64,000 bases of DNA from Candidatus Latescibacterota bacterium (GTDB taxonomy: Bacteria > Latescibacterota > UBA2968 > UBA8231), in assembly GCA_965197905.1 (NCBI GenBank), contig CBDAOB010000004.1, positions 736,001-800,000 on the forward strand, written 5' to 3'. The stretch's first letter is position 1, and each line of letters begins with the position of its first letter. This document shows positions 19,696 to 28,818 of the stretch, in pieces. The notes below the pieces were generated by a model. The model was not told the DNA's origin and did no database searches. It saw only the letters and a program-made list of their open reading frames with translations. A program made the position numbers and the translations under genes.

Positions 19696-21201
19696 CTAGG
19701 TAGATGGAGCTTCCCTAAGGTCAAGACCGAACCTGTAGGCGTAGAGCACCGCTGGCCCATCCGCCTCAAAATGCAGTCGCACTTCCTGACCCACGAAACG
19801 TGCCAGATCGCTGCGCTCCTGCCCCCAGGTGATTTCGAAGTCGGTTTGGTCGTCGCGCTCCAGGCCGTTGCAGTTGTCCAGCTCGAACCCTTCCGGAACC
19901 TCGGTATCGCATACCACCCGAACTCGGATGCGGCCGTTGTTACTCGGCTTCTTTGTGCCGAAAACGCTGGCATTCAGAAATAACCTTGCGCCGTCGACCC
20001 GCACGGGTTCAGTCATCAACTCGCCGGCGCCACCCGTGCACATCCCCACGAATCCATCCTTGCGCAACGTCGCCAGACCGATGGCCGCCTGGAACTTTTG
20101 ATCGCTGCCGTGACGACGCATGCCCGAATACCAGATGTGCAGCACGTTGTCCTTGAGGATGGGCGGATTCAGCGATGACGAGACCCAGCCATGGTCCCAG
20201 GCGCCCGGGGTCCCGATGGGCAGGAACTGTTCGTGTTTCCCGACTCGATGCCACTTCGTGAGGTCGCGCGCCGTAGCCAGCTCAGTTGCACCTTGGCCCG
20301 TCGAGGTGTAGAAGAGCGCCAGAAATCCCAGGTATTGATTGCCATAGGCAAACGGCGTCATCAGCTCGAACTGGTCGCGTGTCTCGTCGAAGTCATCCGG
20401 TTTGAGAACCGTCTCCATCGGAGTCCAGTTGACGAAGTCCTCGCTGGTACTCAAGGCGACCACCTTGCGGTACTGCTTCCACTGCAGAATGAAATGATCG
20501 GCAATCGTCCCAGCGCGCCGCGACACGGCTATGAACCGACGTGTGCCCGGATCGAAAACGACCGCGCCGCCATCGCCGGCTCTCGCAATAGACGGTTGGT
20601 CGTCCAGGGTCCAGCGGATTCCATCGTTGGAGTGGGCAGTGTACATGCCATGGCGCTCGAGCACGGACTCAAAATACCTTCGCCGGTCTTCCGGACTCGC
20701 TGATTTTCCGGCACGAGGCAGCTCTGCCTGGCGCTCCTGGTAGTACCCCATCTTGTAACGGCGCGTTGCGTCTTCTTCGCGGTCATCCTTGATGATGCCC
20801 CACGGGTGCAGCGAGCCGTGCTCCGGACGAGTTTCCGGCGTGGGGTAAACGATGTTGTTCGCCGTAGATCCCTGAAACGGGAACACGCCCAGCTCGGGCT
20901 TGTCCCACTTCACGCCGTCGGTTGAGCTGGCGTAACAGATATACTTCTGGGCTTCGTTGCCGGCGCCGGCGGGACCGTGGGTGAAGTACCACATTTTGAG
21001 GAGGTCTTCGTCGCCGTCGTAGAGGACCGATCCCCACATCTGCACCGCGCTGCCTTCCCAGGGACGGTCGGCACGCAGCACCGGCTCGGTCTGGGCGCGA
21101 GCAGGTTGTTGCACCTTGCGCACGAAACCGGGATGATCCTGAACCTCGGCGTCATCTACGAATAGGTGCAGACCAGGATCGTGGAGATCACTGACGATCA
21201 T
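19696..21201 (-). CDS. Beta-propeller glycoside-hydrolase-like protein (GH32/43/130-like fold)
   Basis: HLFVDD, PVLRADRPWEG, CYASSTDGVKWDKPELG, repeated SxDxxxW motifs, IGLATLRKDGF. Confidence 0.6.
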   Translation of the reverse strand: MIVSDLHDPGLHLFVDDAEVQDHPGFVRKVQQPARAQTEPVLRADRPWEGSAVQMWGSVLYDGDEDLLKMWYFTHGPAGAGNEAQKYICYASSTDGVKWDKPELGVFPFQGSTANNIVYPTPETRPEHGSLHPWGIIKDDREEDATRRYKMGYYQERQAELPRAGKSASPEDRRRYFESVLERHGMYTAHSNDGIRWTLDDQPSIARAGDGGAVVFDPGTRRFIAVSRRAGTIADHFILQWKQYRKVVALSTSEDFVNWTPMETVLKPDDFDETRDQFELMTPFAYGNQYLGFLALFYTSTGQGATELATARDLTKWHRVGKHEQFLPIGTPGAWDHGWVSSSLNPPILKDNVLHIWYSGMRRHGSDQKFQAAIGLATLRKDGFVGMCTGGAGELMTEPVRVDGARLFLNASVFGTKKPSNNGRIRVRVVCDTEVPEGFELDNCNGLERDDQTDFEITWGQERSDLARFVGQEVRLHFEADGPAVLYAYRFGLDLREAPST

Positions 21202-21214
21202 CGTCGCCGTACCA

Positions 21215-22219
21215 TTAGACGATCTTGTGCAGTTCCGCCCAGTACCTGATGAACGCGATATCCCGGTCGAAAGTGCCGTCGAAGACCCAGTTGCGGCCCC
21301 AGTCCTCCACCTGCGCCTCCGTGCCCGAACGCCAGATCAGGCGGGCCAGCACGAAGAGTTTCACCGCCTGCAGTTCGGGCTCACTCGGTTGGCGAATGCT
21401 CGAATACCCCTCCAGATAGAAGTTCCAACGGCGGTCCGATTTAGCCCGTCCGGAACGCGTCGCACCGTCGACCTGCGCATTCTTGGCGAGAAATACAGCC
21501 AGGTCGTAGGCGCGCCAGCCGTAGCCGTAACAGTCGAAGTCGAAGACCGTCATGCGGCCCTGTTCGTCCACGTGTACGTTGCCGCCGTAGTGATCTCCGT
21601 GGCAGCAGCCGTACTCCGGCCGGGTCAATGGAAGAAATCCGTCTAACCTCGATTTCAGTTCACTGCCGATCTTCATGAGGCAATCGAGATCTTTGCGTCG
21701 GTGTTCCAAACACTGGGTAACGCTGCGCAACGAGTCGTCCACCAGGTAGCCAAGATCGAGATGGAAACGCCTGCGATCCTCATCACATTTGTCCAGGCAC
21801 CTGTGCATTCGCGCCAGCAGCTCACCGTAAGCACGCGAATTTCTCGCGTTGAGCTCCATTGGCTGTCCCGGCGCGTAGGTGAACAGCGCGGCATAACGCA
21901 CGCCTTCGGGTGCGGCGATCCGCGTCAGAAACGAACGGTCTTTCCTTTTTATTGGATAGGAAACTGGAAGCTTGTGGCGGCGAAGATAGGTCAGCATCTC
22001 GAGCTCCGCCTGGATCTCCGCCTTGGTGCGCCAACCGTGTCGGTAGACCCTCAGTATGAACTGTGAGGAGCCCGCGGTAACCGCGTAGGTGTCATTGAGT
22101 CCCGGATTGTGGAAATAACAACGCGCGGGTGCGGGGAGCGAAAATTTGCTCAACACGCGCTCGGCCAGCGCCTGGCCCGCGAGAATTGAATTGTTCAAAG
22201 GGAAATGGTGCTGGTTCAT
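21215..22219 (-). CDS. APH/choline-kinase-like phosphotransferase (type II homoserine kinase-like)
   Basis: NDTY..FILRVY, LARMH, CHGDHYGGN, VFDFDCYGYGWRAYDLA. Confidence 0.88.
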   Translation of the reverse strand: MNQHHFPLNNSILAGQALAERVLSKFSLPAPARCYFHNPGLNDTYAVTAGSSQFILRVYRHGWRTKAEIQAELEMLTYLRRHKLPVSYPIKRKDRSFLTRIAAPEGVRYAALFTYAPGQPMELNARNSRAYGELLARMHRCLDKCDEDRRRFHLDLGYLVDDSLRSVTQCLEHRRKDLDCLMKIGSELKSRLDGFLPLTRPEYGCCHGDHYGGNVHVDEQGRMTVFDFDCYGYGWRAYDLAVFLAKNAQVDGATRSGRAKSDRRWNFYLEGYSSIRQPSEPELQAVKLFVLARLIWRSGTEAQVEDWGRNWVFDGTFDRDIAFIRYWAELHKIV

Positions 22220-22273
22220 ACTACCGCGCCTTCATCCTCCCGCTTCCAATCTGAGTTGGTCGGTCTGTTTCGG

Positions 22274-23122
22274 TTATGCTAAGCGCCGAAACACCTCGAT
22301 GCTCGCGGCGCCGTAGGTTTCTTCGAGCACCACCCCTCCCCTCTCTCGGCACACCGTCTTCAAAGGTTCCGCCGCGTTGCCGGGACAGAAACCGTGCCCA
22401 CACACCTCGAATGCAGCGACGTCGTTGAGACCGTCTCCCACCATAGCGGCGTCGGAAGCAGGGACGCTCAGCATCTCCAGGAGGATTTGGGCGCCGGTTC
22501 CCTTGTCGACTGGTGAGGTGACATCCACATGAAATTCGTTGTAGTAGAACCGCAGACGCCCCTGTTGGATGGAGGTGTGCATCCTGAGGACCTGTTTCAG
22601 ATCCTCGACAAGAGACGATCCGGTTGCCGACGGAGGGACATGAAGGGTGAGCAAGGTTTCTTTTGGAATCTGGTGAATCTCACTCCCGATTTTTTCGGCG
22701 AGCAGCTCTTCTCCGCCGGAGTTGTACCAGTGGATAAGTTCCTGCACCTCGCTCAGATCTTCGAAAGGTGCGGCGAGCTCGGGTCGCTGCGACTCCTCGG
22801 CGACGGCGACCAGGTCGATGGTCGCATCCTGTATCAGGTCGTATGCGACCGCCCCGGTTTCTGACAGCACGTAACGCAGCTTCGAGGTCGCGAGCTCTTC
22901 GGCGATGAAGAGGGTGTCCAGCAAGCGCCTGCCGGTGGCCAGGATGACCTTTTCGACGCTCGAATCGTCAATGGCCGCGCTGACCCGCGCCAACATCTCT
23001 TTCTGGTCCGACGTAAGTCGGCGGTGTTCTTCGCCGGAGACGAATTGGGTTCCATCCTCGGGATTCAGGCATCCGTCGACATCGTGGAACAGAACTCGGA
23101 TAGGGCTCGTTTCAGGCGACAT
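22274..23122 (-). CDS. HAD-superfamily hydrolase (subfamily IIB)
   Basis: DVDGCL, LATGR, VDKGTG, VGDGLND motifs. Confidence 0.88.
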   Translation of the reverse strand: MSPETSPIRVLFHDVDGCLNPEDGTQFVSGEEHRRLTSDQKEMLARVSAAIDDSSVEKVILATGRRLLDTLFIAEELATSKLRYVLSETGAVAYDLIQDATIDLVAVAEESQRPELAAPFEDLSEVQELIHWYNSGGEELLAEKIGSEIHQIPKETLLTLHVPPSATGSSLVEDLKQVLRMHTSIQQGRLRFYYNEFHVDVTSPVDKGTGAQILLEMLSVPASDAAMVGDGLNDVAAFEVCGHGFCPGNAAEPLKTVCRERGGVVLEETYGAASIEVFRRLA

Positions 23123-23438
23123 GGTTTAGATACTCATTCGACCCGACCCTGCCGTCAAACGGCCGGAGGAGGGCTGAACAGACTCTTTCAGCCCTTCGAG
23201 TAGATTGGAAGCGGCAGGAAGGCTGGTTGGGTTTGCGTTTGAGCAGGCAAGCCGTCTGCTGAAAACTGCGCAGGCGCTGAATCTTGAGCGCCCAGAATCG
23301 ATCGATTTCTCATCCCACCGTTGTTGTCTACGGGGAAAAAAGCGCCAGCTCAGAGAGAATTGAGTCAGGTACGCGTCTTGCTGTAACTCTTCGAGCCACC
23401 AATCAAGGTGCCACCATCAATTCGTAAGAGGTATCGCC

Positions 23439-23801
23439 ATGAAAAACCTTTTGCAGATCGTCTGCGCAATTTTCGCCACCGCTCTGTTTGTTTTCGGATC
23501 CGGATGTTCGTCGTCCAGTACATCCTCTGAACCTGGCAGGGTAGGAAAGCTGGGAGTACAGCGCGACAGAGAAAGCAATGAAACCGAGGAAGAGATCGCC
23601 ATTGAAGCATTGCCGGCCGTAGTGGTCGATGCCGTAAACGGTGCCGTCGAAGGCGGCGTTATCGTTGAAGCCGAGAGGGAAACCGAAGACGGCCAGGTGA
23701 TTTACGAAGTGGAGGTTGACGTGGATGGCGTTGAGTGGGAAGTGGAAGTCGATGAGGATGGCAACGTGCTCGAGGTTGAAAGTGAGGACGATGAGGAGTG
23801 A
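23439..23801 (+). CDS. Putative lipoprotein with PepSY-like domain and acidic tail
   Basis: Signal peptide ending GSGC; LPAVVVDAV..EAERETEDGQVIYEVEV..EVEVDEDGNVL. Confidence 0.72.
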   Translation: MKNLLQIVCAIFATALFVFGSGCSSSSTSSEPGRVGKLGVQRDRESNETEEEIAIEALPAVVVDAVNGAVEGGVIVEAERETEDGQVIYEVEVDVDGVEWEVEVDEDGNVLEVESEDDEE

Positions 23802-23844
23802 GGACGATGAGGATGAGGATGAGGATGAGGATGATGACGATTGA
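23781..23844 (+). repeat. 16-bp tandem duplication AGTGAGGACGATGAGG x2 followed by a (GAGGAT)n run
   Basis: Read directly: copies at 23781-23796 and 23797-23812. Confidence 0.85.
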
Positions 23845-24011
23845 GCCGTAGAACCACAAGAGGCGACGATGGCGCGCGAACCTAAGAGCGCCGTCGCCGC
23901 CTCTTGCTGCATGTCCTTTGCTTAGCTCCGACCCGCGTCTTCCAAGCTCTCGCAGACAACAGTCCCTTATCGCCTGACGTCCAGGAGGGATCGCAGAAAT
24001 GCGGGTGAGTT

Positions 24012-27000
24012 CTACCGGCGTTGCGCATTCTTGATTTTTTCCAACAGCCTCTGAATCGACGCCATGTCGAAAGATTCCGCATGTTCCTGCATCGTCGTCG
24101 CCAGCTGGTTGGCACCCGGTCCTATCTCCCCTAGCTCGGCCAGCGCCTGCCGCAACTCGGTTATGTTGGCCACCGCGGCGGACTGGGTTAGACGAGTGAC
24201 TAATTCTGCAGGCAGCGAAACGCGACTTGGATCGATCGGCGCTTCCACCTTAAGCGCCGGTTCTGCCGCATCCCTATCGGAGTAAACGAATTCCACCCCC
24301 AGCAGATCTGCCAGACAACTGTAGATCTGTTCGACGCGTACCGGTTTGCCGACAAACTCGTCGAACCCCGACGACAGATAGTGCTGACGTTCGTGTTCCA
24401 ACGTCGAAGCGGAGACAGCCACCGCTTTGATCGCTGTCGTCGCTGGATCTGTCTTCAACCGTTCAACCGCCTCGTTGCCATCCATTTCCGGCATGCGAAT
24501 ATCCATGAAGACGATATCCACCGTCTCTTCACGCGCCGCCTCCACCGCTTCGCGACCGTTGACGGCTTGCACGACGTGAACGCCGATCGCTTCCAAGAAT
24601 TGCGCCAGGATGTCGCGATTCTCCTTGACGTCATCCGCCACAAGGGCGCGCACGGAGTGAGCCGGATCCAGTCCAACGATACGACTCCAGTCGCGCTCCA
24701 CTTTTGGTGGCAACACGCTCTGCGACCGGGATAATTTGATGCTGAACGAGAAGGTGGTTCCTTTTCCGACCGCGGACTCCAGCTCGAGGGTACCCCCCAT
24801 CAACTCCACCAATCGCTTCGACACCGCGAGTCCGAGCCCGGTGCCGCCGCGCTCGTACCCCGCGCTGCCCTGCTGAAAAGGCTGGAACAGCTCCTGTTGC
24901 TCATCGGCACCGATACCTTGCCCCGTGTCCGTCACCACGAACCGATAGTTGTCGGGACCCGCAGGGGTGACGTTCAAAGAAACGGAACCTTTCTGGGTAA
25001 ACTTCACCGCATTGCCCAGCATGTTTATGAGCACCTGCATGAGTTTGCTTTCGTCGCCTCGAACCGAGACGCGGCCCGGGCTCGGCAACTCGAGGCGCCA
25101 TTCGAGACCCGCTTCGCGACAGCGAAGATCAAACATTACCGCTAGGCTCTGGAGCAGCTGGTCCAGGTCGAAATCCGACTCCTGAATCACCATTCGGCCC
25201 GCTTCGATCTTCGAGATGTCCAGGACCTCATTGATCAGCTTGAGCAGATGATCGCCGCTGGTCTGGATCGTTCCCACCGCCTGCCTGTGTTTGTCGGTCA
25301 GATCCGGGCTGTTCTGCATGATCTGCGCGTAGCCGATGATCGCGTTCATTGGCGTGCGAATTTCGTGGCTGATATTAGCCAGGAATTGCGACTTGGCCTG
25401 GTTGGCCAACTCGGCCGCATCCTTGGCTTCGCGGAGTTCGGAAATCAATTGGTTCTGAGCTTCGGTGGCCTCCTGAAAATCGCTGTAGCGGGCGTAGGCC
25501 AAGTCTACGACTTCGGCGAAGTCTTGGACGCGCCCAATCTCGCCCCCGGTAAATGCGGTTCCCTGACCGCTCCATCCCCGTTGCAATACCAGCGCGCCAC
25601 GGCTGTAAGGCACGTTGACTCCCCAGATCCTGGCTTTGGTATTGAGGGTGTCATCGGGTTCTAGGGTCGCCCAGCTCGATTTTTCCTGCTCCGTCATCTC
25701 CCCATGCCAAGTCTGTGCGGAACGCCATTGTTCGATGTAGTTGTGACTGAATTCGGTTTTTGCTTCGTTTGAAAGAACCTGGAGTCCGGTCTCCTCGTCC
25801 TCGGGGCGAACAACCTGTATGGTACCAGTCGCTTCGTTCAGAACGCAGACGTAAAGCAGATCGAATCTAACCCCCATTTGACGCAATTCGTCTCCTACCT
25901 GGACGATCACCTTTTGAAGATCATCCGACCTCTTCATGGCGAGAATAGTACTGCGGACCCGCTCGAGGGCTTGCTCCGCGGAGAAGCTGCGCAACAGATC
26001 TGCCATGTCGGTGTCGTCTTTGTCGACGCTCTCGAGGATGTTACGCGTGACCGGCGTGCTGCTTATGTTGAGAATGTCGGCTACAACCTTCGGGCCACCC
26101 ACGTCCTGGTCGCCAACCAGGATATCCCTCAACGACTGTTCCAGGGCTTCTTCTATCTGGTTGATGGCGTTGGGGGTGACGCTATCCATGGTCGCCATTC
26201 GATAGGCGACATCTGCCTGCAGAGGCTCGGGAAATTGGGCCAGAAGGCCGGCAGCCTGGTCCGCACCTAGCTGCGAGGCAATTAGCGCTATGGTCTGCGG
26301 GTGCTCATTGGCCAGAAACGGCGCCAGTTGATCTGGTTCCACGTTCTTGAGCATGTAGAATCCAGCCGTCACCCTGCTGGAGACGCGGGCTAGGATCTCT
26401 TTGGCTCGGGGCGCTCCAACGGCACGGGTAACTGCGGCGCGGGCAAAGTCCATTCCTCCGGTGCTCAACCACGTTCCTGCAAGCAGATGCTGCCTGAACT
26501 CTTCCAGCACGTCGTCGCGAAGCGCTTTCGGAGTGCCCTGCAAACGGGCAATCGCCTGGGTGGTCTCCTCTATCTCGAAATCGGAGAGATGTTGCATTAT
26601 CATGCCGGACACCTCTTGGCCGACAGCGACCATCACGATGGCCGCTTTTTGAATCGCCTCTAGCCCGCTCTCTTCGGTGGATTCATCGTCAACAAGCATC
26701 GTGCTCACCAGGTTGGCCGCCTCAGCCGGACGGTTACGCATGAATTCGTAGACAGAGGTAGATTCGTCAACGTGAAACGGAGCTGAGTCCTCTGTGCGAG
26801 TCGTACCTGTTTCGAGCCGTCCCTGCTCCGTGACGGAGGGCGCGATCTCCTGCTCGGGTTGATCGTCTCGTACTGGAGAAGCTTCAGCCGCGCCTGGCGC
26901 CCTTTCCTCCTGAAGGAGGGAGAAGGCCTGTTCCCAATTCGTCGAGGACGGGTACGCTGGCACGGGTGCCATCGAACCTACCTCGCTGTGGGAGGGGGGT

Positions 27001-27083
27001 CTCCACTCCTCAACGGAAACCAGATGTAACTTGCTGCTCCTCAATCCTAGAATGCGACCCGCGGATTTCTCTGATGCAGACAT
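24012..27083 (-). CDS. FliG(N+M)-GAF-like-HisKA-HATPase-REC fusion hybrid histidine kinase
   Basis: [44 protein letters not shown]; then [71 protein letters not shown] before ATG 27083; one uninterrupted ORF. Confidence 0.9.
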   Translation of the reverse strand: MSASEKSAGRILGLRSSKLHLVSVEEWRPPSHSEVGSMAPVPAYPSSTNWEQAFSLLQEERAPGAAEASPVRDDQPEQEIAPSVTEQGRLETGTTRTEDSAPFHVDESTSVYEFMRNRPAEAANLVSTMLVDDESTEESGLEAIQKAAIVMVAVGQEVSGMIMQHLSDFEIEETTQAIARLQGTPKALRDDVLEEFRQHLLAGTWLSTGGMDFARAAVTRAVGAPRAKEILARVSSRVTAGFYMLKNVEPDQLAPFLANEHPQTIALIASQLGADQAAGLLAQFPEPLQADVAYRMATMDSVTPNAINQIEEALEQSLRDILVGDQDVGGPKVVADILNISSTPVTRNILESVDKDDTDMADLLRSFSAEQALERVRSTILAMKRSDDLQKVIVQVGDELRQMGVRFDLLYVCVLNEATGTIQVVRPEDEETGLQVLSNEAKTEFSHNYIEQWRSAQTWHGEMTEQEKSSWATLEPDDTLNTKARIWGVNVPYSRGALVLQRGWSGQGTAFTGGEIGRVQDFAEVVDLAYARYSDFQEATEAQNQLISELREAKDAAELANQAKSQFLANISHEIRTPMNAIIGYAQIMQNSPDLTDKHRQAVGTIQTSGDHLLKLINEVLDISKIEAGRMVIQESDFDLDQLLQSLAVMFDLRCREAGLEWRLELPSPGRVSVRGDESKLMQVLINMLGNAVKFTQKGSVSLNVTPAGPDNYRFVVTDTGQGIGADEQQELFQPFQQGSAGYERGGTGLGLAVSKRLVELMGGTLELESAVGKGTTFSFSIKLSRSQSVLPPKVERDWSRIVGLDPAHSVRALVADDVKENRDILAQFLEAIGVHVVQAVNGREAVEAAREETVDIVFMDIRMPEMDGNEAVERLKTDPATTAIKAVAVSASTLEHERQHYLSSGFDEFVGKPVRVEQIYSCLADLLGVEFVYSDRDAAEPALKVEAPIDPSRVSLPAELVTRLTQSAAVANITELRQALAELGEIGPGANQLATTMQEHAESFDMASIQRLLEKIKNAQRR

Positions 27084-27104
27084 CTGTTCCTCCTGCCTCG
27101 TCAC

Positions 27105-27461
27105 CTATGATTCCTCACGAAGCGATTCTGACCCAATGGAATCGAGTCGCAGATCGTATGCCTGTTCCTTGCGAACGTGGAAGCGGACCAGCCTGCAAGC
27201 AATGCGATCTCCAAGCACGACGATCTCGCTTTCGGCAAACGGATGGTTGTTGGCCAGAACGGCGAACGCTTCCCCGGCTTGTTTATCCAGAACGATGACG
27301 TCGTCTGGACCCAAATCGGAAACCTCGCTCAGCGGCATGCGTTTGCGACCCATTTCGACCACCAGCTGCATACGTACGCTTCCCAGATGTTGCAGGTTTT
27401 CCGCTTCACGCCGCAGCAGGTCTGTCGCCTCGTTCGGGTTGAGTGATAAGCTTTCGTTCAT
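27105..27461 (-). CDS. fliN: FliN/SpoA-domain protein (type b, copy 2)
   Basis: VEMGRKRMPLSEV..DVIVLDKQAGEAFAVLANNHPFAESEIVV. Confidence 0.78.
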   Translation of the reverse strand: MNESLSLNPNEATDLLRREAENLQHLGSVRMQLVVEMGRKRMPLSEVSDLGPDDVIVLDKQAGEAFAVLANNHPFAESEIVVLGDRIACRLVRFHVRKEQAYDLRLDSIGSESLREES

Positions 27462-27760
27462 TTTTCGTCCGCTCCGGAATCCAGAATCTCCGTCACTCGC
27501 ACACCGAAGCTCTCACCGACAGTCACCACGTCCCCTTTGGCGAACTGCTTGCCGTTCAGGCGAATGTCGATCGACTCTCCCACCAACCGGTCCAACTCGA
27601 TAATCGAATGTTCGTCCATTTCCAAAAGCCGGTCCAAGGTCTCCTCGGTGCGCCCCAATTCCATGCAGACCGTCACCATGACGTCCGGAATTTCGGCGGG
27701 TTTGTGCGTTGCATCGGTCTTGATTGCTTTCGTGGTCGCTTCCTGCTTCGTCCCGGGCAT
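27458..27760 (-). CDS. fliN: FliN/SpoA-domain protein (type a, copy 2)
   Basis: MELGRT..SIIELDRLVGESIDIRLNGKQFAKGDVVTVGESFGVRVTEI. Confidence 0.85.
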   Translation of the reverse strand: MPGTKQEATTKAIKTDATHKPAEIPDVMVTVCMELGRTEETLDRLLEMDEHSIIELDRLVGESIDIRLNGKQFAKGDVVTVGESFGVRVTEILDSGADEK

Positions 27761-27781
27761 GTCTGTTAGCTCCTGTCTGTT

Positions 27782-28786
27782 CTATTGGCCTTCCAATGGA
27801 TAGTCTGCCTTCAACTCTTGCGGTACCTTTCCCACGACCTGCAGCTTGATTTCTCCAGCCTCGTTCGCAAACGGACGGGCGTAGAGCTTGGGCTCGCCGC
27901 CGACAAACACGATGCAGGGGTCGGTCTTGTGACCTCGCATGCAGACCACGTCGCCCACCCGCATTCCGTCGACGTCTTCCAGGGCCAGGTCAGTGCGTCC
28001 CATCTCCACTACCAGCGGCATCTTCGCGGGGCCGAGCACCGAGCGGTTGCGCCGAGTCGTTGCCTCCCGATTCAAACGGGGGCCACGTACATAGTGTTGT
28101 TCGCCTAAAAGGGGTAGAATGGGCTCCAATGTGAAGAAAGGATAGCACATCTTGACCAATTGCTTGCTGATATGCGCTGAATTCACCTCAAATGCGATAA
28201 GGATTACGATTTCGCTGGGAGCGGTGATTTGGAGGAACTCAGGGTTGGTCTCCAGCTCGATGTCGGTGATCTTAACCTTTTGAATCGGCGCCCACGTTGC
28301 CTCGAGATCCCCGATGACGCGCTTGGCCGAACGGTGCGTGACGCCGACCTCGATCGGTGTCATCGTCCGGCCTTCGACTCCTTCCGATGAGCCCTTCCCC
28401 CCAAAAGTCCGGTCTACCAGCGCGAACACGAGCGGCAAAGGGAAATCGAGGATTGCCAGTCCGCGAGTGGGGCCCAGCGCGAACTGGTAGGAACAGGAAG
28501 GATTGCTCAAGGACATGATGAACTCTGCGTAGGTAGTCTGATCGACAAAAGCGGTATCGACGTCGACCACGCCCCGCATAGCCCCGGAGAGCGTGGAGCT
28601 GAGCAGTCGGGCCAGATTGTCGTGCAGGTTCTCAAGGGTCCGCAGCTGTGATCTGCTTACCCTTGCGGGGTGTTTGAAATCGTAGTCGGTCGCCGGCTTG
28701 CGCTCCCCTTCCTCCTTTATCGATGGTGCTTCGTGATTGTTGCTTTTCGCGTCCTCCCGCTGTGCCTTAGCGCTCTCTGACATCAT
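27782..28786 (-). CDS. fliM: FliM (copy 2) lacking the N-terminal CheY-binding peptide
   Basis: YDFKHPARVSRSQLRTLENLHDNLARLLSSTLSG..VDQTTYAEFIMSLSNPSC..ETNPEF; SpoA tail; GGAGGT RBS; no LSQxEIDALL. Confidence 0.88.
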   Translation of the reverse strand: MMSESAKAQREDAKSNNHEAPSIKEEGERKPATDYDFKHPARVSRSQLRTLENLHDNLARLLSSTLSGAMRGVVDVDTAFVDQTTYAEFIMSLSNPSCSYQFALGPTRGLAILDFPLPLVFALVDRTFGGKGSSEGVEGRTMTPIEVGVTHRSAKRVIGDLEATWAPIQKVKITDIELETNPEFLQITAPSEIVILIAFEVNSAHISKQLVKMCYPFFTLEPILPLLGEQHYVRGPRLNREATTRRNRSVLGPAKMPLVVEMGRTDLALEDVDGMRVGDVVCMRGHKTDPCIVFVGGEPKLYARPFANEAGEIKLQVVGKVPQELKADYPLEGQ

Positions 28787-28818
28787 CGATACCTCCGCTG
28801 CAAGGTGGAACATTCGTC

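Noticed and set aside
16450..28786. Interpreting the SpoA proteins as a type III secretion sorting platform (SctQ)
   Set aside because: FliM middle domains and FliG EHPQ/MFXF motifs are flagellar-type, and no injectisome genes are present in the window
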